This document shows positions 8,546 through 18,268 of a stretch of 64,000 nucleotides of DNA, piece by piece (positions within the stretch are counted from its first letter, which is position 1; each line of letters starts with the position of its first letter). The DNA comes from an uncultured archaeon (lineage in GTDB: Archaea; Asgardarchaeota; Lokiarchaeia; Sigyniarchaeales; SOKP01), in assembly GCA_964486045.1 (NCBI GenBank), contig CAZALK010000019.1, forward strand, positions 1-64,000, in the 5' to 3' direction. The notes under the pieces were generated by a model. The model had not been told where the DNA came from, searched no databases, and saw only the letters and a program-made list of their open reading frames with translations. Made by a program: the position numbers and the translations under genes.

Positions 8546-9613
8546 ATGATATTTCTTTCTCCTGAAGGTTGGGGAAACGGACTCTCGGCAACTATTGCCT
8601 TTATTTTTGGTTTGGTACTTGGTTTAGGAATAATTATTCAAGCTAGAAAAGTAAAGGCTAAACTTCTTACACTCATGGGTTTGAATATCATTGTAGCAAG
8701 TCTATTTTGGGTTGGATTAACTCTTGATTTTCTTTCAATTCTTTTAACTGGTAATAATTTACCTAACCCAGGAGGTTGGATGGGGATCATTAATACTATG
8801 TGGGCACCTATAGTGCTTGTAATATCACTATATATTGGAGCGGAACTGATGATCCCAAATTTAAAGAATTATATTGTAGCTTCTTTTCTGATTCTAACAG
8901 GTATCTTTGAATTTTTTATGTTTATAAATCCCTCTGGTGCATTCAATTATTTAAATCCCATTCCACCAGGGTCAAATCTAATCATAATATTAATGGTCAG
9001 AGAATCACCAATTTTTCTTTTTTTTATTTTATTTCAACTTATTGGATTCACTTTTTGTGGATTTGGATATTTAATTAAAAGTTTTAGATCTAGTGGAGTC
9101 CTTAAGAGAAAATTTTTATCATTATCAATAGGCTACTTATTGTTTGTTGGGATTCCTATCTTTTCAGCATTGATGTCTTTGATAAGAATAAGTATACCGG
9201 TAGTTCCTTCTAGATTAATAATGGCTAGCGGATTTTTATTTTTTTATGCTGGATTAAGAGAAGCTCCAGCTAAAAAGAAAAAAAAAGAACACTATGTTAA
9301 GGAGATCAAAGTTGAAGAGTCTCTATTCAGATTATATGAAAGACCAATTCAAATTTCTGAAGAGGAAGTAATATTTCACAGAGATAGGAAAATTTGTTTA
9401 GTTTGTAAAGGAAGTGTATTACGATTAAGTTACATCTGCCCGAAATGTAATGCGCTTTATTGAAAAAATTGTTCTGAAGAATTAAGTAATCAAGAGAATA
9501 TGTGTTGGGTTTGTAATGAACCCTTTGATGAATCTAAAACCACAAGACCTCATAAAATTACTTATAAGGATGTAAAAGGTTTAAAAAAAAAGCATAAAGA
9601 TACAGATGTCTGA
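8546..9613 (+). CDS. ~7-TM membrane protein with C-terminal C4C4 RING-like zinc finger, interrupted by in-frame TGA at 9461-9463
   Basis: CLVC..CPKC NALY[TGA]KNC..CWVC continues in frame for 49 more codons to TGA 9611-9613. Confidence 0.8.
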
Positions 9614-9666
9614 CAATTTAGGATATCCTATCTATCAAACTTTGCTTTTCTTCTGTCTTTTTTAAG

Positions 9667-10557
9667 CTAAGCTTCTTCAAATTTTTTTTTAACTGAAATC
9701 CTTAATATCTCATTTATAATAAATAAAATTTTTTTATCTGAATCGTATTTAATTGCTGAAAAGCCATAAGTTTTAAGATTGAATACTGTTTCTATTTTTT
9801 CTGGTTCAAAAGCTGTGTCTTCTTCATCCTGATAGTTTGCAATGAGATAGAAATCTGCTTTGTGGACTTTTGGTTTTATTCTTGAATATAAATTTTTAGT
9901 TAATCTCAAATTACTGTCAGCAGAATTCGTGATAATTATTATTACATCAACTGTTTCTAATAGAATTTTATATCGAGTCGTGTTATATGCCAACACTTCC
10001 ATATCAATCTTCTTTATTATGCATTGTTTTATATCTTTTAAGTTAGATAGTCTAATTAATTTTTGTGAGATTTCGTTAAGATCCTCATCAATATCTAGTA
10101 TATTTTCACCAGGCAATAAATCCATCATTGTTTTTTTCCCAACTCCCTTTACCCCCATTAATAAGATTTTGGGAGGAATAATTATTTTTTTTTCTACAAT
10201 CTCATCAAAATCTTTAAAAATAGAAGTATTCCCTGCCCATTCTTTTAAGTGAGATCTAAATCTCATGATAAATTCGGATTTCATTAATTCAACTTTGGGC
10301 CTAATTTCTCTTTCTAAGTCGTCCTTATTTGTTACGATTACAAATATATAATCAAATTCATTAGAATATGAATAAAACAGATTGAAATTTCTAAAACTGA
10401 GGGTTTTAATTTGACCACCCTTAATCTCTTGAGCAAAATCGCTTACTGCTGAAAGAAACCCACCAACAATCTCCTCTTTTATCATAATATCTTCAAAGAA
10501 ATTCTTTGAATAGCAGAGAACTCCTCCTGAACTTATCACAAATATTTTTAATATCAA
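9667..10557 (-). CDS. longin-like domain fused to a degenerate small GTPase
   Basis: N-terminal IFVISSGGVLCYS..GGFLSAVSDFAQE (longin pattern); P-loop GVKGVGKKT, no DxxG, NYQD, FSAI. Confidence 0.8.
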   Translation of the reverse strand: MILKIFVISSGGVLCYSKNFFEDIMIKEEIVGGFLSAVSDFAQEIKGGQIKTLSFRNFNLFYSYSNEFDYIFVIVTNKDDLEREIRPKVELMKSEFIMRFRSHLKEWAGNTSIFKDFDEIVEKKIIIPPKILLMGVKGVGKKTMMDLLPGENILDIDEDLNEISQKLIRLSNLKDIKQCIIKKIDMEVLAYNTTRYKILLETVDVIIIITNSADSNLRLTKNLYSRIKPKVHKADFYLIANYQDEEDTAFEPEKIETVFNLKTYGFSAIKYDSDKKILFIINEILRISVKKKFEEA

Positions 10558-10677
10558 TTTGGATTTTCCACAAATTATCTGTTTATTATTGATATAATAA
10601 TGTTAAATAAATTAATTAAAATGATTATGGAAATTGAAATAAAATTATTTAAAATGTAAATCCATGTCTGTTTCTAG

Positions 10678-11466
10678 GAGGAGTTATATATAACTAACAA
10701 TTCTGAAGTCTTAGAAGATTTATATCCCCTTATTGCTAAGATGTTTAAATTCGCCGATCAACAACATGCTTATTTTTGGTTAGCAGAAACAAGATTATTA
10801 CAGGCTAAGTTAGCATTGATCCAGATGAACATTGAGGAAGCAAAACAAAAATTAACTCAAGCCCAACGAGTTGCTGAATTACACGGACTTAAATTATTAG
10901 CTTTTAAAATTTCCGCTGAACATGATAATTTGTTGGAGCGGACAAATATTTGGGAGAATCTCAAAAAATCTAATGCTCCTATGTCGGATGGTATAAAATT
11001 TGCGTCTTTCGAAGGGCTTATAGAACGTATGAAAGGCAAACGTGCGATTAAATCCCCTTTAATAAGTCCTGAAATACCTGTATTGCTTCTCATTATTGGA
11101 GAGGGGGGATTCCTACTATTCTCTAATTCATTCAAAGAAAAATTGTTTCTTGAAGAAGATCTTTTAAGTGCCTTTCTGTCAGCCTTTAATGCATTTAGTA
11201 GTGAACTCTTTTCAAAGGGATTAGATCGTGCGAAATTTGGTGAATACATGATCCTCATGAAAACATTGAATTCTTTCTCTGTTTGTTATTTATTCAAAGG
11301 ACAAACATATACTGCAAAACAGAAATTAAATGAATTTGCAGAATATATACGATCTACTACATCTATTTGGCAAACTTTGAATAAATATTATAAAACAAGC
11401 CGGACCCTTGAACTAAAGGATCTACCCCCCCTTGAAAACTTAATATCAGAGATTTTTATTAGTTAA
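10678..11466 (+). pseudogene. 5'-truncated TPR plus longin-like protein (C-terminal part; ORF from ATG 10741)
   Basis: One TPR-like hairpin (AETRLLQAKLAL..AKQKLTQAQRVA) and a longin-like LLIIGEGG..FLSAFNAFSSE. Coding-like sequence extends upstream of the ATG to TAG 10675-10677. Confidence 0.6.
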
Positions 11467-11612
11467 ATCCTTTTAGAAAATATTTTGAAAACTGAACCAA
11501 ATTCTATACTCACCCATCATTTTTGTATACTTTATTTTATCTCTTTCTTTATATATTCTTAGGGAAATAATGATTTTTATAGCAAAACTTTGATTGGAAA
11601 AATTAGATAACA

Positions 11613-11966
11613 ATGATTAAAGAAGAGACTATTAGATGGATAAAATGCAGAAAATGCGGCTTCTTACAACATAAATCTCATTTAAGATGTTTACAATGTA
11701 GGAATGATACTTTTGAAGCAATTTCATCCACAGGACTATGCAAGCTTTTAACATATACAATCTTAAAAGCACCACCTGCTGAATTTCGCGACAAATCTTC
11801 TTATGCACTTGGTATAGTTGAGTTTGGAAATGGTATAAAAGCCCTTGGTCAGATTACATCTCAAGAAAATTTGTCATCTGGTATGGAATTAAAACCAGTG
11901 TATAAACAAATATGCGAAAATTTGGATGGGGAAGAAGTTTTTGCGTATGCTTTTGAACCAGTTTAA
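11613..11966 (+). CDS. Zn-ribbon OB-fold protein (DUF35/ChsH2-like)
   Basis: CRKCG..CLQC, G.LLTYT, YALGIVEF.NG. Confidence 0.9.
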   Translation: MIKEETIRWIKCRKCGFLQHKSHLRCLQCRNDTFEAISSTGLCKLLTYTILKAPPAEFRDKSSYALGIVEFGNGIKALGQITSQENLSSGMELKPVYKQICENLDGEEVFAYAFEPV

Positions 11967-11991
11967 TTGTATTTAAGGAGAAAAAATAATT

Positions 11992-13668
11992 ATGTTTTCA
12001 AATGAAGAACTTGAAAAGATTAAAGATAAGAGACTAAAATGGGAAGAGAAGACCCTTTCGAAATTTACTGACAAGGGTGAATCGAAAGAGAAATTTGTAA
12101 GTCCATCAGGAATTCCTTTAAAACATGTTTATGGACCTGAAGATATTGAAGAAATGAATTATTTAGAAGATTTTGGGTTTCCGGGTGAACCTCCTTTCCT
12201 AAGAGGTGTGTACCCTAATATGTATCGTGGCAGGGTTTGGACCATGAGGCAATATAGTGGATTTGCTGATGCTTTAGACACAAATGAGAGATTTAAATAT
12301 TTAATTTCCCAAGGTCAGAAAGGCTTATCAATAGCATTCGACCTACCAACACAAATGGGCTACAATTCTGACAACAAAATATGTTTAGGGGAAATCGGTC
12401 GTATTGGAGTCACCGTTAATTCTTTAGAGGATTTTGAAAAAGTATTTAAAGATATCCCCTTAGATAAAGTCTCGACTAGTATGACAATTAATGCTCCAAC
12501 TGCAATATTATTAGCGATGTATATTGCAATTGGGGAGAAAAATGGAGTTAAACCCGAACTACTAACAGGTACAGTTCAAAATGATATATTGAAAGAATAT
12601 GTAGCACGGGGTGCATATATATTCCCACCAAAGCCATCTTTAAGATTAACGGCAGATATAATTGAATATTGCTCAAGGAATTTACCGAAGTTTAATACAA
12701 TCAGTATTAGTGGATATCATATGCGTGAAGCAGGATGTAATGCAGTTCAGGAATTAGCATTTACATTAGCTGATGGTATTTCTTATGTTGAAGAGGTTCT
12801 TGGAAGGGGTTTGAATATTGAGGATTTTGCTCCAAGGTTATCTTTCTTTTTTACTACTCAAAATAATTTTTTTGAGGAAATTGCTAAACTTAGAGCTGCC
12901 AGAAGATTATGGGCTAAACTCATGAAGAATCGATTTAAAGCAAAAAACCCTAATTCATTAAGATTAAGATTTCACACTCAAACTGCGGGGGGTACATTAA
13001 CTGCCCAACAACCTCAAGTCAATATAGTTAGGGTCGCAATTCAAGCATTAGCAGCAATTCTTGGCGGCACACAATCGTTACACACTTGTGGTGCTGATGA
13101 AGCCTTAGCTATTCCAACTGAAGATTCTGTTAGGTTGTCTCTAAGAACTCAACAGGTATTAGCTCATGAAACTGGTATCACTGATGTTGTTGATCCACTG
13201 GGGGGTTCTTATTATATTGAATATTTAACGAATAAAATAGAGGATGCAGCTATGGCATATATTACAAAAATTGATGAAATGGGTGGTATGCCTATGGCGA
13301 TCGAAAAGGCGTACATCCAGAAAGAGATTTTAAATAATGCATATATGGAGCAAATTGAAATTGATAAGGGATTTCATAAAGTCATTGGAGTGAACGCTTT
13401 CTGTACAGAAGAGGATAGCAAAATTGAGACGTTTAAGTATGATGAAAAGTCAGAACAACGAATTCTTAGTTCTTTAAAAACCTTAAAAGAAACTCGGGAT
13501 GAAGAATTAGTAAAGGCAAAATTAGAGAAATTACAAAAAGTAGCTCAATCGTCAGAAAACATTATGCCAATCATGATTGAAACGGTTAAAACATACGCAA
13601 CAATCCAAGAGATTTGTGATGTATTGAAAGAAGTTTTCAGTGAATATAGATCACCACAAGTTTTTTAG
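11992..13668 (+). CDS. mcmA: methylmalonyl-CoA mutase, catalytic (substrate-binding) subunit
   Basis: RGVYPNMY, WTMRQYSGF, AFDLPTQMG, QNDILKEYVARG, ISISGYH, HTQT. Tyr/Arg specificity residues are of the MCM type. Confidence 0.93.
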   Translation: MFSNEELEKIKDKRLKWEEKTLSKFTDKGESKEKFVSPSGIPLKHVYGPEDIEEMNYLEDFGFPGEPPFLRGVYPNMYRGRVWTMRQYSGFADALDTNERFKYLISQGQKGLSIAFDLPTQMGYNSDNKICLGEIGRIGVTVNSLEDFEKVFKDIPLDKVSTSMTINAPTAILLAMYIAIGEKNGVKPELLTGTVQNDILKEYVARGAYIFPPKPSLRLTADIIEYCSRNLPKFNTISISGYHMREAGCNAVQELAFTLADGISYVEEVLGRGLNIEDFAPRLSFFFTTQNNFFEEIAKLRAARRLWAKLMKNRFKAKNPNSLRLRFHTQTAGGTLTAQQPQVNIVRVAIQALAAILGGTQSLHTCGADEALAIPTEDSVRLSLRTQQVLAHETGITDVVDPLGGSYYIEYLTNKIEDAAMAYITKIDEMGGMPMAIEKAYIQKEILNNAYMEQIEIDKGFHKVIGVNAFCTEEDSKIETFKYDEKSEQRILSSLKTLKETRDEELVKAKLEKLQKVAQSSENIMPIMIETVKTYATIQEICDVLKEVFSEYRSPQVF

Positions 13669-13822
13669 TAACATTTTTTTCTTTTTTATTAAATTTCTTA
13701 ATTAGAAAAAAGTTTGACTAACGAGACACCCTGATTTACAAAAGATTAAAAAATAAAAATAATTGATTAAATACCTTCTATGTTTAAAAAAGGTCGTTAT
13801 AAGATTTACACGCGTATTACAT

Positions 13823-15391
13823 TTATTTTAAACTTTCAGCGCGATATGAAGCAGCAAGTAAATCAGTGACATTCATAACCTTTGTAGGTAAATTAGCTCG
13901 TTTGACTGCATCTGCTAATTGAATGAAACAAAAAGAACATGATGTTGCTATTATATCTGGATTTGGTGCTGTTAACATATTAACTTTAATTCTTGAAATT
14001 TCTTCAGAGAGAATACGACGACCAGCACGAACACCCCCACCCGCTCCACAACAACGATCACTCTGCTGAATGTCAATGAATTCAATTTTAGGAATTAGTT
14101 TTAACAACATTCGGGGTTCCTTACTAATTTTTTGAGATCGATTTAGGTGACAAGGATCATGATATGTTACTTTTATTGGTAGCGGATTTAGCTCTCTAAC
14201 ATTTAAATTGTTAATACCAATTTCTTTAATTAAAAACTCATTAATATCAAATGGCTCAAACTGGTATTGTTGAGAGCCATGTTCGTATAAAACGATGGGC
14301 CAATCTTGTTTTATAGTAGACATGCAGCCGGGACAAAGAGCTATTATTTTCTTTACTCCCATTTTTTCAAAATATTCTACATTCTTCAAAACCATGTCAT
14401 TGGTTACGGATCGTGAACCCGTTCTGAAAGCAACGCTGGTACAACAAACAAAGTCCTTAGGTATATGTACTCTAATATGATTTCGCTTCAATACTTCAAT
14501 AACATTATGCCCAATTTGTTGGAGTCTTAAGTTAATTAAACATCCCGGGAAAAAAATCACTTCATCGATTGGATCCTCAACATCAATGAAGGATGGAACC
14601 TGCTCTGTAAAAGGTTTATCAATTACACTAACTGAATATCCTGTATTTTTAATCTGGTCAATAAAACTTTGATGTTCTGCCAACGGTCCCATTCCTCTAT
14701 CAACGACTCGAGCGCGTAAACCTTCTATTGCTTCTCGACGAGTATCGATATGTTTTGGAATACATACGTCTTTACATAATCCACAACTTGTGCAATCATA
14801 GATACCATTACTTACTGCTATTTGAACTCGATCACCTTTATCACGGGGATCAAATTCAAAACGAGCTAGTTTGCACATTGCGATTGGACCGGGAAATTCT
14901 TGTTTGGCAGAAGCTACTACAGGGCAGGCAGCATAACATGAAAAACATTCAATACAGGAACGGAGTTCCATAGCTCTTGAAATATTTTCTCGCTTCAATA
15001 TTTCTGGGCGATCAGGAGCTGATGTCCGTTCGAGATATGGGCGTAATTTCTCTAAACGCTTGAAACCTATCCCAAGATCCACAACTAGATCACGTATTAC
15101 TGGAAAATTACCTAATGGCTCTATAACATACTCTTTATTTGGATCTACAATACTTCGACAAGCAAGACCTGGAATCCCATTAACATTAATTGCACATGAG
15201 CCACATTGACCACTTCTACAATTCCATCGATAAGCTAAAGATGAATCAACATTTTGGAAGATATAATGCAACGTATCTAGAATCACTTGACGATCCGTGT
15301 AGGGAACATCATATTCAATAAAGTAAGGACCATCATCTAAATCTGGATTATAGCGACGAATTCGATACTTAACTATTTGTTTATCTACCAA
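13823..15391 (-). CDS. tfrB: thiol:fumarate reductase Fe-S subunit (SdhB-like plus CCG domains)
   Basis: CRSGQCGSC (2Fe-2S), CIECFSCYAACP, CTSCGLCKDVC, FPGC..CC, YHDPCH..CCGAGGG. Confidence 0.9.
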   Translation of the reverse strand: MVDKQIVKYRIRRYNPDLDDGPYFIEYDVPYTDRQVILDTLHYIFQNVDSSLAYRWNCRSGQCGSCAINVNGIPGLACRSIVDPNKEYVIEPLGNFPVIRDLVVDLGIGFKRLEKLRPYLERTSAPDRPEILKRENISRAMELRSCIECFSCYAACPVVASAKQEFPGPIAMCKLARFEFDPRDKGDRVQIAVSNGIYDCTSCGLCKDVCIPKHIDTRREAIEGLRARVVDRGMGPLAEHQSFIDQIKNTGYSVSVIDKPFTEQVPSFIDVEDPIDEVIFFPGCLINLRLQQIGHNVIEVLKRNHIRVHIPKDFVCCTSVAFRTGSRSVTNDMVLKNVEYFEKMGVKKIIALCPGCMSTIKQDWPIVLYEHGSQQYQFEPFDINEFLIKEIGINNLNVRELNPLPIKVTYHDPCHLNRSQKISKEPRMLLKLIPKIEFIDIQQSDRCCGAGGGVRAGRRILSEEISRIKVNMLTAPNPDIIATSCSFCFIQLADAVKRANLPTKVMNVTDLLAASYRAESLK

Positions 15392-15421
15392 TTATATCAC
15401 TATTTAATGAAAATCCCTTAA

Positions 15422-17113
15422 TTAGGTTGGTTTCCATTTATTAAATGAGACTGGTTTTTTTTCTAAAACCATTTTTTGATTTTTCATTTTAATTATTATA
15501 TTTGAGAACCATTGGTTGTTATTTGGAGTTGGATAGTCTGTTCGGAAGTGTGCTCCACGAGATTCTTCACGCCAAAGTGCTGAGCGGACTAACATTTCAG
15601 CAACAAGTAACATATCATACAATTCTAAGGAATTAATCCAATCTGTATTGTATCTTGTTGCTTTATTCTTAACCATCAGTCGAGAATCAACTCGTTCTTG
15701 CTGTTTTTTAATGAATTGTAGAGCTTTATTAAGATCTTGTTCATTTCTAAATATTCCTGCATTATTCCACATTATTTTTTGAAGCTTTTTTTTCTCAGTC
15801 GAAGAACTGATTCCTTCTTCGCGTTCAATAGGAGCTCTTATACGGGAATATTCTTTTTTTATAAATTCTCGGTCAATTTTTGGAGATGATGCAATTGTTG
15901 CATGTTTTGAAGCAGAAATTCCAGCTATTCTTCCAAATACTTGTGTATCCGCAAGAGCATTTCCTCCAAGCCGGTTACCCCCATGTATTCCCCCAACTAC
16001 TTCACCAGCTGCAAACAAACCTTTAAGATTAGTTTCTGATCTTTCATTAATTTTAATACCACCCATCATATGATGAGCAGTGGGGGTAACCTCCATTGGT
16101 TCGTTTCTGATATCAAGCCCAATATCAAGATAGTCTTCCAACATGGTTGGAAGTCTTTCTTCAATAATCCTAGAGGGTAAAAACGACATATCTAAGAATA
16201 CTGCCCCATTTTTTGTTCCCCGTCCTTCTAAAATCTCTGTTGCGATCGACCTAGTGACCTCATCTCGACCAGCTAATTCCATTAATTGAGGATTATATCT
16301 CTTCATAAATCTTTCTCCCTCATTATTTAAGAGAATTCCCCCCTCTCCACGAACGCCTTCTGTGACAAGACGTCCCTTAGCTGAAGGTGGTATAGCGGTT
16401 CCTGTGGGATGAAATTGGAATTGTTCCATGTCAACAAGCTCTACTCCTGCTTTATATGCCATTGTATAACCACTACCAACATCGACTTGCGCATTGGTAG
16501 TGATTTCATAAATACGACCTGCCCCTCCTGCAGCCATTACAACCGAAGGCGCTCGAATAATTTTGAAATTTCCTGTCCGAATATCGATTACAGTAACCCC
16601 AGCAACTCGGTTGTTATCTCGTAGAAGTGAAGTAGCAAAAACTTCATCCATAATATGAATTTCGCGTCTCCTTAATTCTTCAGTTAATGTTGACAGAATT
16701 TCATGTCCGGTCTTATCTCCTGCATAACATGTTCGACGATAAGTTTGATGACCAAATGGTCGTTGCATGATTAACCCATCAGGAGTGCGAGAAAAAAGGG
16801 CCCCATAATTCTCTAAGTCAAAAATTCGTTCAGGGGCATCATTTGCTAAAACTTCTACAAGATTTTGATCATTAAGATAAGCTCCTGCATCTAATGTATC
16901 ACGTGCGTGTACTTCCCAAGAATCATCAGGATCTAAATTTGCTAATGCTGCGTTGAATCCACCCTCTGCCATAATGGTATGTGCTTTACCGAGAATGTCT
17001 TTTGTTACTATTAAAACCTCTTGATTTTGGTCTGAGGCAGCAATTGCAGCACGACATCCTGCTCCTCCTGCCCCGACAATTAAAATATCTGTATCAACAA
17101 TCTCAAAAGTCAC
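15422..17113 (-). CDS. tfrA: thiol:fumarate reductase flavoprotein subunit
   Basis: GAGGAG, AHTIMAEGG, QFHPTG, TEGVRGEGG, HHMMGG, HGGNRLGGN, ESRGAH; adjacent to tfrB. Confidence 0.92.
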   Translation of the reverse strand: MTFEIVDTDILIVGAGGAGCRAAIAASDQNQEVLIVTKDILGKAHTIMAEGGFNAALANLDPDDSWEVHARDTLDAGAYLNDQNLVEVLANDAPERIFDLENYGALFSRTPDGLIMQRPFGHQTYRRTCYAGDKTGHEILSTLTEELRRREIHIMDEVFATSLLRDNNRVAGVTVIDIRTGNFKIIRAPSVVMAAGGAGRIYEITTNAQVDVGSGYTMAYKAGVELVDMEQFQFHPTGTAIPPSAKGRLVTEGVRGEGGILLNNEGERFMKRYNPQLMELAGRDEVTRSIATEILEGRGTKNGAVFLDMSFLPSRIIEERLPTMLEDYLDIGLDIRNEPMEVTPTAHHMMGGIKINERSETNLKGLFAAGEVVGGIHGGNRLGGNALADTQVFGRIAGISASKHATIASSPKIDREFIKKEYSRIRAPIEREEGISSSTEKKKLQKIMWNNAGIFRNEQDLNKALQFIKKQQERVDSRLMVKNKATRYNTDWINSLELYDMLLVAEMLVRSALWREESRGAHFRTDYPTPNNNQWFSNIIIKMKNQKMVLEKKPVSFNKWKPT

Positions 17114-17562
17114 CGAGATTCCCTCGTTTTTATTTTTATATTCCTTAATTTTTCTGGTGAATTAATTTCTATTTCCTCTATGGAGAGATCTTTTCTTAGT
17201 GGTTTGATAAATGCTTTTATTACCCATTCTAAAGCATTACTCTGAGCTTTTTCATAATCTTCAGCTTTAATATCGCGATCAATTCTCATAAAGAAGTTAT
17301 AAGGTTCCTCTTGAGTAATGTCTTTTGAAAGAATCCAGAAAGAATTACTCTTTTCAGGAATATTTAAAGAACCCGTTATTTCATACCATTCTTTAATAAC
17401 TGTTCTTCCATGAACTTCCTTATTTTGTTTTACTATTGTCATTTGAACATTTTGTAAAACAGATAAATTATCTAGGATATTGAATAATTTTTCGCTTGAA
17501 ATTATTAAATTAAAGTCGACAACTTTGATTGTTATGTATAAATCGGCTCTAAACATAGTCAA
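17110..17562 (-). CDS. hypothetical protein translationally coupled to tfrA
   Basis: Stop overlaps the tfrA start (GTGA). Confidence 0.65.
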   Translation of the reverse strand: MTMFRADLYITIKVVDFNLIISSEKLFNILDNLSVLQNVQMTIVKQNKEVHGRTVIKEWYEITGSLNIPEKSNSFWILSKDITQEEPYNFFMRIDRDIKAEDYEKAQSNALEWVIKAFIKPLRKDLSIEEIEINSPEKLRNIKIKTRESR

Positions 17563-18268
17563 ATTTCTCTACCTTGATTCTACAAACTTCTATCGTATTC
17601 TTTAAACCAAAACACTACAAGTAAAATTCTAAAAGGTTTAAAGCTTTAAAATGTTATAGGTTATTATTGTAAAGCACAATTTATCCTCGTTAATTTAAAT
17701 AAATAAGATTCATTCAGACATTATACTCGTTAAAACCAATAATTTATTGTTTTATATTGTTTTTTTACATTTCAAGATTCTCGATAAATGTGAGATAAAT
17801 TCTAAAGATCGTCAAAGATCGGAACTTTCTTCCCCCGTTAAATACTAAGAAATTAAATTTATGAGTTTCAGTAAGGGTTGAATAAAAAAAAAGAGATGAA
17901 ATTAAAATGAGAAATTTTAATTCAGCCTATTAATAGTCTTCATATTTATAAATTTATACTTGAATGAATAAGTTCTAACAGAATACTACAAAATTGTTTT
18001 GATATTAATAAATTAATCGAAGAAGCATAGGAATCTCTTAAGAGAGCGGGATAATTTTCCCATAATTTTATCTATTAATTTTTGTAATGAGATAAAAGGG
18101 AAAGTTTTATATTATGATCTCACTTTTTAATCCTACTAAACCGTCGATAATTTGAAAAGATCTTTCGATATTATTGACATTTGGGAAGTTTTCAATGATT
18201 TTGAGAACAAATAAGTATTAAAAATTAAAAAAAAAATTTAACCTAAAAAATTAAGAGATGAAAAATAA

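Noticed and set aside
17563-18268. 700-bp intergenic region with AAAGATCG x2 and GAAAAGATCTTTC
   Set aside because: Short AT-rich matches expected by chance; no ORF or RNA structure I can support.
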